Position numbers and translations under genes: made by a program
Notes under the pieces: generated by a model
The model's input: the letters and a program-made list of their open reading frames with translations, nothing else
Databases searched by the model: none
Told to the model about the DNA's origin: nothing
Assembly: GCA_946965045.2 (NCBI GenBank)
Contig: OX337230.1
Coordinates: 3,534,001-3,598,000 of the forward strand
Direction of reading: 5' to 3'
Source of the DNA: Epithemia pelagica
Lineage: Eukaryota; Protista; Bacillariophyta
DNA length: 64,000 nucleotides
Shown here: one piece after another, positions 43,015 to 55,846 of the stretch
Numbering within the stretch: the stretch's first letter is position 1
Layout: every line of letters begins with the position of its first letter

Positions 43015-46000
43015 TTAGGGGAGTAGGTTGGAAATGACACGTTTGGCGTCCCAACGTTCGCCCACCATGTCCGGGTCGTCCTTGGTCTCTTTCCAATCTT
43101 GCAGCAACAAGTGGTCGTCATGGCTTTGTCGTTGACGATAGTGCGTAATGAGTTGTTGACATCGGCCCAAGTCCAACCAAACGGAACAATCATTGTCACG
43201 GTTGTGATCCAACACAATGTTACACGCATCTCGTGGACCATGCGAATCCTTGTCCACCGCCAACGTGTTGGCCCAGGCAATGATAAAGTCCAATGCCTCG
43301 TGTGTGCTAGAATTGTACTCAGTATAGTCCCCTTGGCTCTCTGCTCCTTGTTCATCGCTGCTACGACGGGCTGGATCTACATTCTGTTCCTCGTTTTCGA
43401 ACGGAGCTTGACGGAGGATCTGCTCTCTCACGTAGTTCGCGTTTGCGACAATCTGGGACATGATCGTTTTGCGATCGCCATATCGCAGAAATTGTTGTTT
43501 TCTATACAAGAGTTCTTCTTCTACCGCATCGATCCATGGATCCACTTGCAACGGGATGGCTGCATATACAGATACGATTCGTTTCAAGTGGGAGGTTGAC
43601 ATGGCGGTGACACTCTCCATCAAGACAGTCTCGGTGAGGTGTGCTAGCAAAGCCTTGCATTGACTCGGAACGTCCATATCAACGTCATTGGTGATGGTTG
43701 TCTTGTCTGTAATGTCTGTACGATGAAGCATAGTCGCGGTGACCGACTTGTTTTGTTTGAGTCGAGTAGCTTCCGCGAAAAGAGTGCCCAAACTTTCCAC
43801 CAAATCACACAAGACGTCACCAAACAAAGAAAGCGGCCCTTTTTGAACACGGCGTTCTACTGCCCAGAGAGTCTTCTGTGCGAATTCCGGATTATGAGGT
43901 AGAATTTCCAAGTTTACAACTGCTCGCAACTGTCAAACACCAAAGCGACAAGAAACAAAGAGGGGATAATGAGAACCACGGCCTTCTGAACACTCTGGAC
44001 AAGGAACAAAAGACCTCACCATCTGAACGAGAACGGATGGTGGGAGCAAATCAAGGTCACGCGAGTTAAATCTAGGTAGCGGCGAAACGAGTTGAAGACG
44101 ACGATAGATGGTACTGGCGTCCTGTCCATGACTTGGATTGTATTTCACACCCAAGCGACCCAACGAAAACAAGAGCGCAGCAGAGTGAATAGGTGGACTG
44201 GTCTCCCATAGACCTGGACATTCATTCAGAACTTTAACCAAGCGCCTGGCAAACAAGCTCACCAGTTCACGAAGCGAAGAACCCACGGTAACCGCAGCAC
44301 GAGCTAAACCAGCAAATTCATAAAGTGAGAACCGGTGGAAAGTAGAGGGATACGTCTTGTTTGTAAAAATATAAAATAACGTACCAATTGAAGCCAAATC
44401 GAAGATCTGACATTCTTCGCGAAGGAGCCTTCCATTCCTCGAAGTGAAAAGTCGGAGTGCCACCCGAGCCAATGTGTCGGAAGTGGATGGGAAAACACTA
44501 CGAGCGAGACAAGAAGAGCTCCAGGTAAGTTTGGATAGTGTTGACGGGTCAACGGGAAAGTCCTTCAGCAGGGGAAGTCGAGCCTTTTCGCTTAACAACG
44601 AAGGAACTGTATAGTCATCGTAGTCCTCTGATGATTCTTCGTATTCATGATCCCTCTTTGACCAACGTCGTCCAAAAAATGACACCAGTCGCGAGCGACG
44701 TCTTCGGTCATCTCGATCGCGAGCCTTGGAAGCTGCTAAGGCACCACTCTCCCATTCTGACAGCGAAAATTCCACTTTCACCAGCAGTTTTCCGAGTTCG
44801 ATATCTGCTTCCGCCAGTTTCCGATCCGACAACAGGGGATAGACAAGCTCCAAGTAGGCGAAAACAATACATGCGACTTCTTCAGGATCGCACAAATCCC
44901 CTTTCTCCCCGGCGATAGCAAGAGCCATGGTAACCAGGCCCACAGTTGACTTGGTGGCACGTACGTCATCCCCACAAGTCGAGCAACGAGCAGCTGCAAG
45001 AGAAAACACCAGACGACTAAGCTCTGGTGGCTCAAAGTGTTCCAGCAATCGTCTCGATAAGATATTCATATTTGCCTCATCATTCTGGTCGAACAGTTCG
45101 CCTTCTGTACTGCGATATGCTTCTTGAGCCACCCAATCAAGGACCACTTGCAAATTATCAGAGTTTTCGTCGTTGCCAACTTCTACTACAACTTTCGAAA
45201 TTGCTTGTGCGATATTTGACAAGGTGCTACCACTCTGCCCAACAAGACATTCAGATCCACGCAGCGCGATGTTTTTGGCAACTTCCATAATCACAGATAC
45301 TCTAAGGGAGTCTTTGAGTTCTGTCACAGCCCATGCAATGGTGCACAACTCTGAAGGCCCAAATATAAGTTCTCGATGTACGTATTCGTCTTCATCCTGT
45401 GGCTTGGGACTCTGATCATGAAACGGTGCAGCTGACTCATCCTCCGGATATTCGTAGGGAACACTTGATCCAGCGTCAGGAATGGGTAGATTATTTAAAA
45501 GAATCGATTCTTCGTTGTTTAGGACACCGGCTTCCAATCCATCTAGGGTATCATTGAGGATGACCTCATCTGGACTTTCGCTGCGCGAAACTGGGAATTC
45601 ACCTGCTTCTTCGGCAGCAAGGAGCGTCGCGGCATCAACAGCAATCCCACTTTCGTCACCAGAGATTTCTAGCATACCTCTAGAAAAATCGGGGTTTTCT
45701 GTCATGAACTGTTCTGATTCCTCCGCGGCAAGAAGTGTTGCTGCATCGACAGCAACTCCGGTCTGCAGTACTCCCAAATCTGCGGCCTCATTCCCAGTAC
45801 CTTGCGGTACTGCCTCCCTAGGCCGATTGATAACGTCATTAATATCATCTCTATTCTCTTCATCCGATTCTTCAATCCCAGGGCGTAGAAGCGTAACTGG
45901 AAATGTCAATCCTTCATCAATGATATCATCCACGGGCCGTTCTCGGTCAACTTGTGATGGCTCGTCCCGTGATTCCAGTAGGTCGTCAGAAGACTCAATT

Positions 46001-48180
46001 TTCTCACCAACATCCTCCGACCCTACTTCCTGGGGTTCAATCTGCTCTGGTTCAAGCGATTCTGTGTACTCGCTTAGTTCACCCTCGTCACTGTCGGGCG
46101 CTTCGAATGGTTCCCGCTCGAGCCTTAGTTTTAACGTTTGTCGATCTTGTCGAAGCCATGCCAAAATCCGGTCAAACGAAATGTCACAAAGCGCGGCAGC
46201 TGTTTCCGAGAGTCTATCATCTACGTGCAGATGATGACGTCGCTTCGGATGCTTGGATGATGCGCCCTCGCGTCGTTCGCCGTGCGCTGCCAAAGCCCAC
46301 ATAACATCATTGACTTCCTTGGGCGACAACCAATCAAGCAGTACAGCTCCATCATCCAACTCCTCTTCGTTCCCATCGTCCATGTCATGGATTTTCACAT
46401 CCTCGTCATTTGGTGACGTGGAGCTTGGTGACAACGAGTCCTTTGAGTTTTCTGACTGTTCATGTTCCCCTTGGCTACAGCCTTGAGACGATTCGAACGC
46501 GAGCTCCTCCTCACTGTCGGAACCAGTAGCTTGATCCAAGTCGTCATTACTATGAGGAAAGTCTTCGGATCGGGCAAGTTTCTCGACGGCATCATTGGAT
46601 CCAATAACAAAGGATGCTTCCACATACGAGGCTGAGGAACTGCGCTGATCCCACAAGTAGAGGGGGTAATCATTTTGCGCCCGTTGTCTCAAATCCATTG
46701 GATTTTGACACAAAATAGTACAGCATACTTGCAGGAGCGCTTCGCTGGGAATGCCCGACACGGCACGGACGTAGCCAAAGGTCCACAAGGCCAATGCTGC
46801 ATCCTGCGCAATCTCTTGTGCCACATCCGACAATCGTTCCTCAATAGTTTTCTCATTCAATGGATCTGTTCCAACGAATGTTGAAACATCGGCTTCAGCA
46901 TCATATTTGCTGGACAGCAACTCATCGTCTTGACATAGATATTTCATTCGATGAAACAAAAGGTCACGGGTCCGCCATGCCAGCGCACATAGTAGATCCG
47001 TCACCTTAATATCACCATCGACGACTGGATATTGATGCATGCCCAACACAACGAGTCCCCATGCCGCCCGGCAGCAATCCAACAGGGATAAACCCTCTTG
47101 GTTCCGAAAGAGTGGGTCGTTCATGTTCTCATCCACGGTTGCATCCTCGTTCGTACCACTGGCCGACGCACCAATTTCTTCCGTCGTGTCCATGAGTTCA
47201 GGCAACCAATCGGCTCCTTCGCTTTCTTCCTTGCTGGTTGAATCATTCTTTCGTTGCAAGGCGCGTTGGTAGCGCTCTTCTTCTTTGATTCGTTTGGGAA
47301 TATCGACACCGCACACGAGACACTCCATGAGCTGTTCAAATCGACGATCCTTGACCAGTAGATCCACAACGAGATTGGTGCGATTTGGATTGTGAATGAC
47401 AGTTTTGCTGTGCCTTGATCGATCGTCATGGGAGTCGTCGACATGGGACGAGGGCAGGAGGCAAAGCGATTGGCCGACATGCGCCAATGTGGCAATCAAA
47501 CTGGCGGCCAAACCCGAGTCTACCGTGGCCTTGGCCGAAACGATCCGGAGAGCAATGTCGGGAGAGTGGGTAATGGCTGGTATTTTGGCAGCCAAGACAT
47601 GTAACAATCTCTTCAGCGCCCGATTTTGTTGTTTCGTGTCCGTCTCTACATCTGCGTTTTCTTGTTCCTGCAAGAACTCTCTCTGGCGATCCATAAACAA
47701 GTGTCGCAGTGGCAGAGAGGATAAGGAGTCGTCTCCACCTGGATCCAGGCCTGCACTACTCGACACGGTAACATCCAAGAGGACATCCAATGCCCTGCGT
47801 TGCGTTGGGTGCCTGTGCAAATAAGACTCCTCCCGTTTGTTGTTGCTCTTCTTCTTTTCGGTGTCTTGTTCGTTGTATTCATTGGACACAAAAGAGGGCT
47901 CCTCATTAGACCGTGAATCCACCGACACGGTGCTACCAGACTCTTTGTCGTTTTCTTGGCCACCCCCTCGAAAATGGTATTCTGGGATATACAAAGACCA
48001 ACGAGAAGCAGCCTTGTCTTTTGTCTGTCGATCAGGTCGCCTCAATGGTGGAATCGAATGGATCGTTTTGTACTCTACTGCCGCCACAAACTGCCACATG
48101 TACAAGGAAGAAAGGCTTGCCGAGGCCACTGTCCAGATTAGTAAGAACCGAAGCAACGATGGGCCACGCGCTGTTTTCAT
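43015..48180 (-). CDS. Large multi-exon alpha-helical repeat protein (OPR/FAST-like resemblance) with a signal-peptide-like N-terminus
   Basis: ATG at 48180 (MKTARGPSLLRFLLIWTVASA). Repeated motifs such as ELCTIAWAV, EVNDVMWALA, ELSRLVFSLA and TLSKLTWS. Probable introns near 44385-44305 and 44017-43930; last exon 43929-43015. Confidence 0.55.
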
Positions 48181-48973
48181 CAAGACGGTTCGACCGGCCT
48201 CCGCATCGAATGAAAAAGGACCAATCGATTGACAAAAAGGAGCAATTTGGTCGTCATCCCCAATCATTTTGGTGATCAAAGTTTCTCGCACAGATGATGA
48301 TTCTTCTCCACAACTCGATGATTCCAAACGCTGGATAAGAGAGAATTGGCGAGTTGTTCTTCTCATTGTCGTTTGGAACAGAACAAAACCACTCTCCTCG
48401 TTCGCAGTACACGTGGAACCACAATCGCCGCAATGGACACAAGTCTCCACCAGAATCCGATGTGGAAAAATCCTTGGATCCTCCACCAGTCAGCCAAACC
48501 TCAATCTCGCAATTGCCGTTGACACCACAATGAATCGAAAGAGACGAGATGGCTTCTGCAGACGGAAAGTCGTCGTAGTCACACCTTTTTTCTGGTGAAC
48601 CAACCAAACGCGTCAACACCAACGTCCGATCAGGCTGTCCCAACAAGTGCGGCAACAGCAACAACAACAATAGTGGATCAATCTACACAACGCCACAAGA
48701 CATTCATTCGAATGTTCGTAGTCCAAACCCGTCGACGAGAAAAACGACCATGGTCCAAGACGAGAAGGCAAAAAAAAAGTGTCACACTCCCCCCAAAATT
48801 GAAAGTGGAGCCGCGGTCTCTCCGTAGTCCGTTGTTACGGCCTTTGAGTCGCATTAATTTCGTCTCATAAATAAGGACGACTTAAGGGCGACTTCTTGCA
48901 CGTCTCGCCACACGCGGTGGCGTCCCTCATTTTTCGGAGCACATCTTTCGAAAATATCTTGTGATCGTACGTC

Positions 48974-50635
48974 ATGGAGGGAAGCGGCGGTAATCCAGGT
49001 GTCGGAGCGGAACCTGCAGAACCACCACTCCAACAACCACAACAACAACAGCAGGAGCAGCATCAAGCCGCAAGAGCAGCAGCGGCAGGAGCTGTGGATG
49101 AGGAGGGCCCCTTGATTCCGGAACGATTGCGGGTGGAAGATGAAGATGCCTGGTTTCGTCGTCATGGGTTGCGTGAGCCTCTGCAACCACAACCAGACGA
49201 AGAACCCACGTTGGATCAACAAGAAGCGGTGGAACGATGGAATCAAATGAACGAATATCAAACGACGGTGTTCCAATCCATGTTTGCTCATGAACAGGCC
49301 AAGGAACAAGAAGAACAACGGAGCAAGGCACAACAACTGCAAGCTTGGAACAACGACCAGTTGGTGTGGATCCTCAACAAACCTCCTCAGGACGATAGGC
49401 ACTCGAACATGGCTGATTCTTGTTCGCCTTGTTCCATGCCTCCCCTTCCCTTGACTCCGTTTGCTCAATTTTGCGATGTCATTTTTGCCTTGGCCCGGAC
49501 GCCTCCGACTGCCACATTACACAGTACTAATACCAGTCGCACTCCAAGCCCTTCCTTCCGTCCCGATGGACCACGTGTCCTGGAGTGTCCCTTGCTGGAT
49601 TCGTATACGACAGGTGACATTCAAGTGTTTGTTCGATTGGTGCTGAGGCAATACGAAAAGTATCAACAAGCCACAAAGGCGGGTACTACCAACACTGACA
49701 AGGACGGAACCAGGAATGATACTACAAACACCACACACCTTTTGGATGTGGATGAGGTTTGGCACATGCTAGAGGAAGATTTAGAACAAGACCAAATGAA
49801 GGACACTGACGATTCCGAAAAAATGGACGACGAGCCGGCTCCGGAAATGGCACATCGAGTCGTTCAAGTATGCTGCATGGCGGACTATTTGCAAAATATC
49901 GAACTGCGAGATGTTTTGGAACGTATTTTGCAACAGTCCATTGATACCTCAAATTGTTTGTCTCTTTGTCAATTGGCCGATCAATTAGGAATGCCCACCC
50001 TTTTTGAATTGGCCTTGCAGCACATGATGGAAACATTGGAGGGGAGTCGGAATGGTTCCTTGTTGGAGGATGTTGATAGCCACGCAGCGGGAGAATCAAC
50101 GACACTGTCGTCATCGTCCTCCATGGCGGTCTTGACACCGGAATTACGAGAACGGATTGCCTTGATTCAAACGGCCATTCAATCCTCGGTTCACGATACC
50201 CAACGATCCAAACTGTATTTTCACAGTGTCAAGGAATACATTGCCCTCTTTGCCGAACGTGTCCAATATTTTCAAGAACGGTTGGCGCAAGCCAAGGAAG
50301 ATCAATTGCATCGCTGGGAACAAATGCAACAAGAACAAGAACAACAGCATTCCCACAGAGATGCATCGTCGAATCGGTCGCATTGGTGGAATTTACGGGC
50401 CTCGTCCAATCGCAGTAACAACAACAACAACAACGACTCCGACCATAACCAGAACACTGGGGATGCATTGTGGAATGACACACAAGCCAAGATTGACAAA
50501 CAAGAACAACGAGTCCAAACACTCAAGGCTGTCTTGGCCGAACAAAAAAAGTTGTTTGCCCAACACGATCAACAACAACAGCAACAACAACGCTTGTTTG
50601 CGTCTCGAGGCCCGAATGCGACGCGGCACGAATAG
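48974..50635 (+). CDS. BTB/BACK-like domain protein with Gln-rich, coiled-coil flanks
   Basis: VVQVCCMADYLQNIELRDVLERIL...DTSNCLSLCQLADQLGMPTLFELALQHM matches the BTB C-terminus/BACK pattern. Confidence 0.65.
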   Translation: MEGSGGNPGVGAEPAEPPLQQPQQQQQEQHQAARAAAAGAVDEEGPLIPERLRVEDEDAWFRRHGLREPLQPQPDEEPTLDQQEAVERWNQMNEYQTTVFQSMFAHEQAKEQEEQRSKAQQLQAWNNDQLVWILNKPPQDDRHSNMADSCSPCSMPPLPLTPFAQFCDVIFALARTPPTATLHSTNTSRTPSPSFRPDGPRVLECPLLDSYTTGDIQVFVRLVLRQYEKYQQATKAGTTNTDKDGTRNDTTNTTHLLDVDEVWHMLEEDLEQDQMKDTDDSEKMDDEPAPEMAHRVVQVCCMADYLQNIELRDVLERILQQSIDTSNCLSLCQLADQLGMPTLFELALQHMMETLEGSRNGSLLEDVDSHAAGESTTLSSSSSMAVLTPELRERIALIQTAIQSSVHDTQRSKLYFHSVKEYIALFAERVQYFQERLAQAKEDQLHRWEQMQQEQEQQHSHRDASSNRSHWWNLRASSNRSNNNNNNDSDHNQNTGDALWNDTQAKIDKQEQRVQTLKAVLAEQKKLFAQHDQQQQQQQRLFASRGPNATRHE

Positions 50636-51628
50636 GTAAACAGCGGTAGAGGAGCATGTCCCAGTCCATGATCGTGTGCTATTATAGTCGTTGGAACAAT
50701 CGCACAGAGAAATGGGGGACCCATGAGAACAAGACGCAACAACAGCAACAACCACAAAGGCAATCAAAGCGCCATTTCCCCAACGTTAATATAGACGAAT
50801 AATCTATGGAATGGGTTGTACGCACCAAGGCTAGATTAGGAAGATTACCTACCTCTGTCTAGGAATCTGTCTATAGCCCCTTCCTATTATTCGACTCTTC
50901 GAAAAGAAAGAAGGGCTCTCTTTGTCTCTCGACTGTCGTCGTCGTCGTAAACAAGAGTCAGGGCGGTTCGACTGTTCCGACCCCATTATTCACGTTCCTG
51001 CAGTATCTCTTCCTTCTCAATGCTCCAAGAAAAACATTGTACAATGTCAAGTTTCTATCATGGCCATGCTAATCTATCTTATGAATGAACCATACCAATC
51101 AGGTTTACATCCGATTGCTTGAGCTCCAGCATTCCTGAATGCAACAATGGTTCCTCCCTGAACAAGAACAGGATCACCTTCCAACTTGAAAGTGGGATGG
51201 TGGTAAATACTACTGCGAACCTCCAAACGTGTGCTCTGAACCTTCATGCTCAACATCGTAGTAGTCTAACCATGGAACATCCATATGGTCCCAACCCAAC
51301 GCACCTTCTCGTACTATTACTAGCGACTGGTATTAGGCTTGGGTCTGCCGTTCGATGGTAAAACTCACTTTTAAATGGTTTTTGTTTGTTTCGAAGGTTG
51401 GTGCAAACGTGAGAGGACTGTTTCAGCGCGGATCCAAGGTTGGTATCAAGTACACATGTTTCAGTCCTATCGTCCATGACAAAAAGGTAAAAACTTCAAT
51501 CGACGATTTAGACCTTGAGGAAAGATAAAGTTTTAAAGCTTGCATATGCCCATCCTCCACTCTCGAGTTCAACATTCACCATGGCTAGAGTAACGTCAGT
51601 AGCGACAACAACAGTAGGGCCAACATGG

Positions 51629-54424
51629 CTATGCCTCACTCAGCTCGCCTTGGGCAACAAGCAATTGGGACAAAGAATTCATGGAATCAAGTGTATCAGG
51701 ATGGTCATCCCCGAGTACGCGCCGACGTGACGACAAAGCCTCACGGAAAAGTGGCTCTGCTTTGCTCAGCTGGCCTTGATCCTCAAGCAATGCGGCCAAA
51801 TCGCTGATAGAATCAAGTGTATCAGGATGGTCATCCCCGAGCACGCGCCGACGTGACGACAAAACCTCACGGTAGAGTGGCTCTGCCTTGCTCAGCTGGC
51901 CTTGAGCCTCAAGCAATGCGGCCAGATTGTCGATAGAAACAAGTGTATCAGGATGGTCATTGCCAAGAACGCAACGACGTGACGACAAAGCCTCACGGTA
52001 TAGTGGCTCTGCCTCACTCGATTTGCCTTGAGCCTCCAGCAAAGCGGCCATGTTGTTGATGAAAAGAAGTGTATCAGGATGGTCATTGCCAAGAACACGC
52101 CGACCTGACGTCAATGCCTCACGATAGAGTGCCTCTACCTCACTCAATTTGTCTTGCGCCTTAAGAAATGCGGCCATATTGTTGATGGAAACAAGTGTAC
52201 TCGGATGGTCATCCCCAAGTACGCGCCGACGTGACGACAAAGCTTCACGGAAAAGTGGCTTTGCCTCACTCGATTTGCCTTGATTCTCAAGAAAAGCGGC
52301 CATGTTGTTGATGGAAACAAGTGTACTCGGCTGGTTATCACCAAGTATGCGCCTACGTGACGACAAAACCTCACGGTAGAGTGGCTCTGCCTTGCTCAGC
52401 TGGCCTTGATTCTCAAGCAAAGCGGCCATGTTGTTGATGGAAATAAGTGTATCAGGATGGTCGTCACCAAGTACGCGCCGACGTGACGCCAATGCCTCAC
52501 AGTAGAGTCGCTCTGCCTCTCTGAGTTTACCTTGAGTTTCAAGCAATGCGGCCATATTGTTGATGGAACCAAATGTATGAGGATGGGCATCACCAAGTAC
52601 TCGGCGACGTGACAACAAAGCCTCACGGTAAAGTGGCTCGGCAAGACTCAGTTTGCCTTGAGATTTAAGCACGTGGGCCATGTTGTTGATAGAAACAAGT
52701 GTATCAGGATGGTCATCACCAAGAACGCGGCGGCTTGACGACAAAGCCTCACGGAAAAGTGGCTCTGCCTCACCCAATTTGCCTTGATCCTCAAGAAATT
52801 GGGCCATGTTGTTGATGGAATCAAGTGTATCAGGATGGTCATTTCCAAGTATTCGCCGACGTGACGACAAAGCCTCGCGGTATAGAGGCTCTGCCTCACC
52901 CAGTTGGCCTTTAGACTCAAGGAATACGGCCATATTGTTGATGGAATCAAGTGTATCAGGATGGTCATCCCCGAGCACGCGACGACGTGACGACAAAGAC
53001 TCACAGTAGAGAGGCTCTGCCTCCCCCAGTTGGCCTTTAGCCTCAAGGAATACGGCCATATTGTTGATGGAATCAAGTGTATCAGGATGGTCATCCCCAA
53101 GCACGCGACGACGTGACGACAAAGACTCACAGAAGAGAGGCTCTGCCTCCCCCAGTTGGCCTTTAGCCTCAAGGAATACGGCCATATTGTTGATGGAATC
53201 AAGTGTATCAGGATGGTCGTCCCCAAGCACACGACGACGTGACGACAAAGACTCACAGTAGAGAGGCTCGGCCTCACCCAATTTGCCTTGAGCCTTCAGC
53301 AATGCGGCCATATTGTTGATGGAAACAAGTGTGCCAGGGTGGTCATCACCAAGTACACGCCGACCTGAGGACAAAGCCTCACGGAAGATTGGCTCTGCCT
53401 CACCCAATTTTCCTTGATCCTGAAGAAAACGGGCCATATTGTTGATGGAAGCAAGTGTATCTCCTTGTGTAATATCTTGAGAGATGGATGTCCAACAGTA
53501 ATCTATCGCCTGTTCGCAGTACCAGTTTCGTACCCATTCCGTTACTTTGCAGCTTACTGTATAATGCCCAAAAGTCTCCATTGTTTTCAAGATCTCTGAA
53601 CGTGGAGCATGGTCTTTCGATTGCGCTTCTGTAGTCCTGATTTTTCCAAGGGCATGCTGGACTTTATCATCCCTCACTGAAACCGCTTTAAGGAAATCCT
53701 TCAACTCGTCTTGGCTCATCAATATTTGTGCATGGGCCTTGACTTTAACAGCAGTGAATACCTCCCATAGCACCCCAATTTGATTCAATGTATAAAGGAC
53801 TTCATCCCATTTTTCCAAAACCAACGCAATTCTCTTGATGCTCTGGATTTGTTCCGGCAATCCGGTGATCAAGTCTTTGCGTAGTTGCGTGACGGCTTGG
53901 GATTTGCGTTGTCCAGTCCAAGCAAATTGATCCACGCAAAAAACGTCCATCCAAATGTATTCACCTCGGACTTTCTCTAACACTTGAATGAACTTGGAGA
54001 ACGAATACCGGCCTGTACAGGACATGAACAAGGTGGGTAACTCTTGTGTGATCGAACCGTCACGAAAGGATGCTGTGGTGGCATCATCCAAAGATTCATG
54101 GAGTACTTCGACATGGTTCACAAGCGGGCCTGACCATATATCCAGTCGAGCTTGAAGCAGTTGAATGATGCAGACCTCGCGTACGAAAAACAAATTACAA
54201 TCGGCCTTCAATAACGTTGAAATAAAAGGAATTCGACAAAAGACGTCCAAGATCCAATCCACGGATATTCCTGCCGCCGACATCAACGAAGAGGACGCTT
54301 CCGCCATCGACAAATCTCTCTGTGTCAACCTTTGAATAATTTCCAAAGTGGTGCGACTGTTGCCAGTGGTATGAGTGGGTTCTGCCAAGCAAGATTCATC
54401 AAATAGTTCTCGGGCAAAAGACAT
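51629..54424 (-). CDS. HET-like N-terminal domain plus 15 x 42-aa TPR repeats (kinesin-light-chain-like); possibly decaying
   Basis: YIWMDVFCVDQ and VLWEV in the N-terminal part. HPDTLxSINNMAxxLxxQGKLxEAEPLYREAL repeats with a 126-bp period. Confidence 0.85.
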   Translation of the reverse strand: MSFARELFDESCLAEPTHTTGNSRTTLEIIQRLTQRDLSMAEASSSLMSAAGISVDWILDVFCRIPFISTLLKADCNLFFVREVCIIQLLQARLDIWSGPLVNHVEVLHESLDDATTASFRDGSITQELPTLFMSCTGRYSFSKFIQVLEKVRGEYIWMDVFCVDQFAWTGQRKSQAVTQLRKDLITGLPEQIQSIKRIALVLEKWDEVLYTLNQIGVLWEVFTAVKVKAHAQILMSQDELKDFLKAVSVRDDKVQHALGKIRTTEAQSKDHAPRSEILKTMETFGHYTVSCKVTEWVRNWYCEQAIDYCWTSISQDITQGDTLASINNMARFLQDQGKLGEAEPIFREALSSGRRVLGDDHPGTLVSINNMAALLKAQGKLGEAEPLYCESLSSRRRVLGDDHPDTLDSINNMAVFLEAKGQLGEAEPLFCESLSSRRRVLGDDHPDTLDSINNMAVFLEAKGQLGEAEPLYCESLSSRRRVLGDDHPDTLDSINNMAVFLESKGQLGEAEPLYREALSSRRRILGNDHPDTLDSINNMAQFLEDQGKLGEAEPLFREALSSSRRVLGDDHPDTLVSINNMAHVLKSQGKLSLAEPLYREALLSRRRVLGDAHPHTFGSINNMAALLETQGKLREAERLYCEALASRRRVLGDDHPDTLISINNMAALLENQGQLSKAEPLYREVLSSRRRILGDNQPSTLVSINNMAAFLENQGKSSEAKPLFREALSSRRRVLGDDHPSTLVSINNMAAFLKAQDKLSEVEALYREALTSGRRVLGNDHPDTLLFINNMAALLEAQGKSSEAEPLYREALSSRRCVLGNDHPDTLVSIDNLAALLEAQGQLSKAEPLYREVLSSRRRVLGDDHPDTLDSISDLAALLEDQGQLSKAEPLFREALSSRRRVLGDDHPDTLDSMNSLSQLLVAQGELSEA

Positions 54425-55054
54425 CTGTTGTTCGAGTGTCGATTAAGGACCCACTTTCTTCAACCATTGTCCAAACTTCGATTGGCTAGTAGTCTCACCA
54501 CCAAAATCCTCAACAGCTTCTTGTGTTTCCTCTTTGTCATCCTCGTCCTCGCTTTGGCCATGTGTCTCGCGTGCTCCTTTTTTCTTCGTTTCTTCGTTAT
54601 TTTATCCTTGAGCGACGCCTTCCGAACTCGAGCTCGGGTCATCGTTGTTGTTGACGTCGTCGATGATGTTGTTGTTGTTCCCATTCATTGTTCTGAGTAT
54701 CTGCAATGAATGTATTTCGATGTGTTGACGATTATGTGTTCGTTGTTCATTCATCGCGATCGCACCGTGCCAATCGCGCTCTCGTCTCACGTGCGTTCCA
54801 AAGCTCTGAATGTCCTGTTGTTGCTATGACAATTTCGTGAGAAGCCCGCTGGGGTGTCGTTTTCGAATCCGCATCCTAACGCGACTGAAGAAAAGAAGAA
54901 GTGCCAATGACGACACTTCTCATCCCTCCATATGAAAAGCTTTCAAGAGGCAGGCCCTCTTAGAAATCGCAAGACCGCTGAGGTGTTCGCGAGGAAAAAA
55001 CAACACTAAGACAATTCATCCTTCAATCAGATCTTTCATCACCCACACTTGTTG

Positions 55055-55846
55055 ATGCAATGCACCATGACGACTACAAAGCCTACGATTACGCGTTTTG
55101 TTATCCGTCCTGCATCATTCGTCCTCTTCCTTGTCGTGGCCTTGATCAGCTATATTCTCATTGGTCAAGAATTGGAACGACGCGCCTGGTTGCTGGAGCA
55201 GGATCCTGCTGGCATTGGCACGACGACCCTGTTTTTGTATACGACCAACGAGACTTGTACTGCATCGTCGGGTCATGTGTTGCATTGCGGTGTCTGTGGC
55301 GCCTGTTCCAATCCTCACGACATTAACATTTTTGAGCAAACGTCGCAGACCTTGACCACCATCATGGCAGATTGTACAACCTATGGCTTTTTAGCGGGAG
55401 CCTATCAGGACAGCAGCGCCGACAGGATTATGCGCTGTCTGCATCAACGCTCCAATTTGACTCTGCCGTGTGCCAAGTGTTGGACGTCCAATGCTCTCTG
55501 TACCAAACGACACTGTATGCGAACCTGTATTCGCGAACGCTTTTTTCCATTCTTGCCATCGTCCTTGTACAACGACGACAAGTGGGTTAAGGACCATCCA
55601 CACTTATCTCCCTGTCTTGCCTGTGACGAACACTTTTGTGGACCCGAATTTCTGACCTGTGCCGGGGCCAATCGACGACGAGTGGGTATTGTCAGTGATT
55701 TGCAACGTCACGAAGAAGTGGAACTCTGCGACAAGACAGATTGGGACTATGTTCGAAGAATGAGTCACGATTCTTCATCACCCCCTGCCGTTGCGCCACA
55801 ACCGAATCCATCCTCCCCACAGAATCATCATCATGAGGACTTGTGA
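55055..55846 (+). CDS. Cys-rich signal-anchored protein of unknown function
   Basis: Hydrophobic N-terminal segment, then many Cys: CGVCGACSNPHDI, CAKCWTSNALCT, CLACDEHFCGPEFLTCAGANRRR. Confidence 0.7.
   Translation: MQCTMTTTKPTITRFVIRPASFVLFLVVALISYILIGQELERRAWLLEQDPAGIGTTTLFLYTTNETCTASSGHVLHCGVCGACSNPHDINIFEQTSQTLTTIMADCTTYGFLAGAYQDSSADRIMRCLHQRSNLTLPCAKCWTSNALCTKRHCMRTCIRERFFPFLPSSLYNDDKWVKDHPHLSPCLACDEHFCGPEFLTCAGANRRRVGIVSDLQRHEEVELCDKTDWDYVRRMSHDSSSPPAVAPQPNPSSPQNHHHEDL

Noticed and set aside
15183-50635. Possible ubiquitin/proteostasis gene cluster (F-box-like, SKP1, BTB-like; BAG nearby)
   Set aside because: The genes are 15-20 kb apart and interspersed with unrelated genes. These families are common, so co-occurrence is expected by chance.
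51892-53277. Repetitive antisense and alternative-frame ORFs over the TPR array
   Set aside because: They are by-products of the 126-bp coding repeat.
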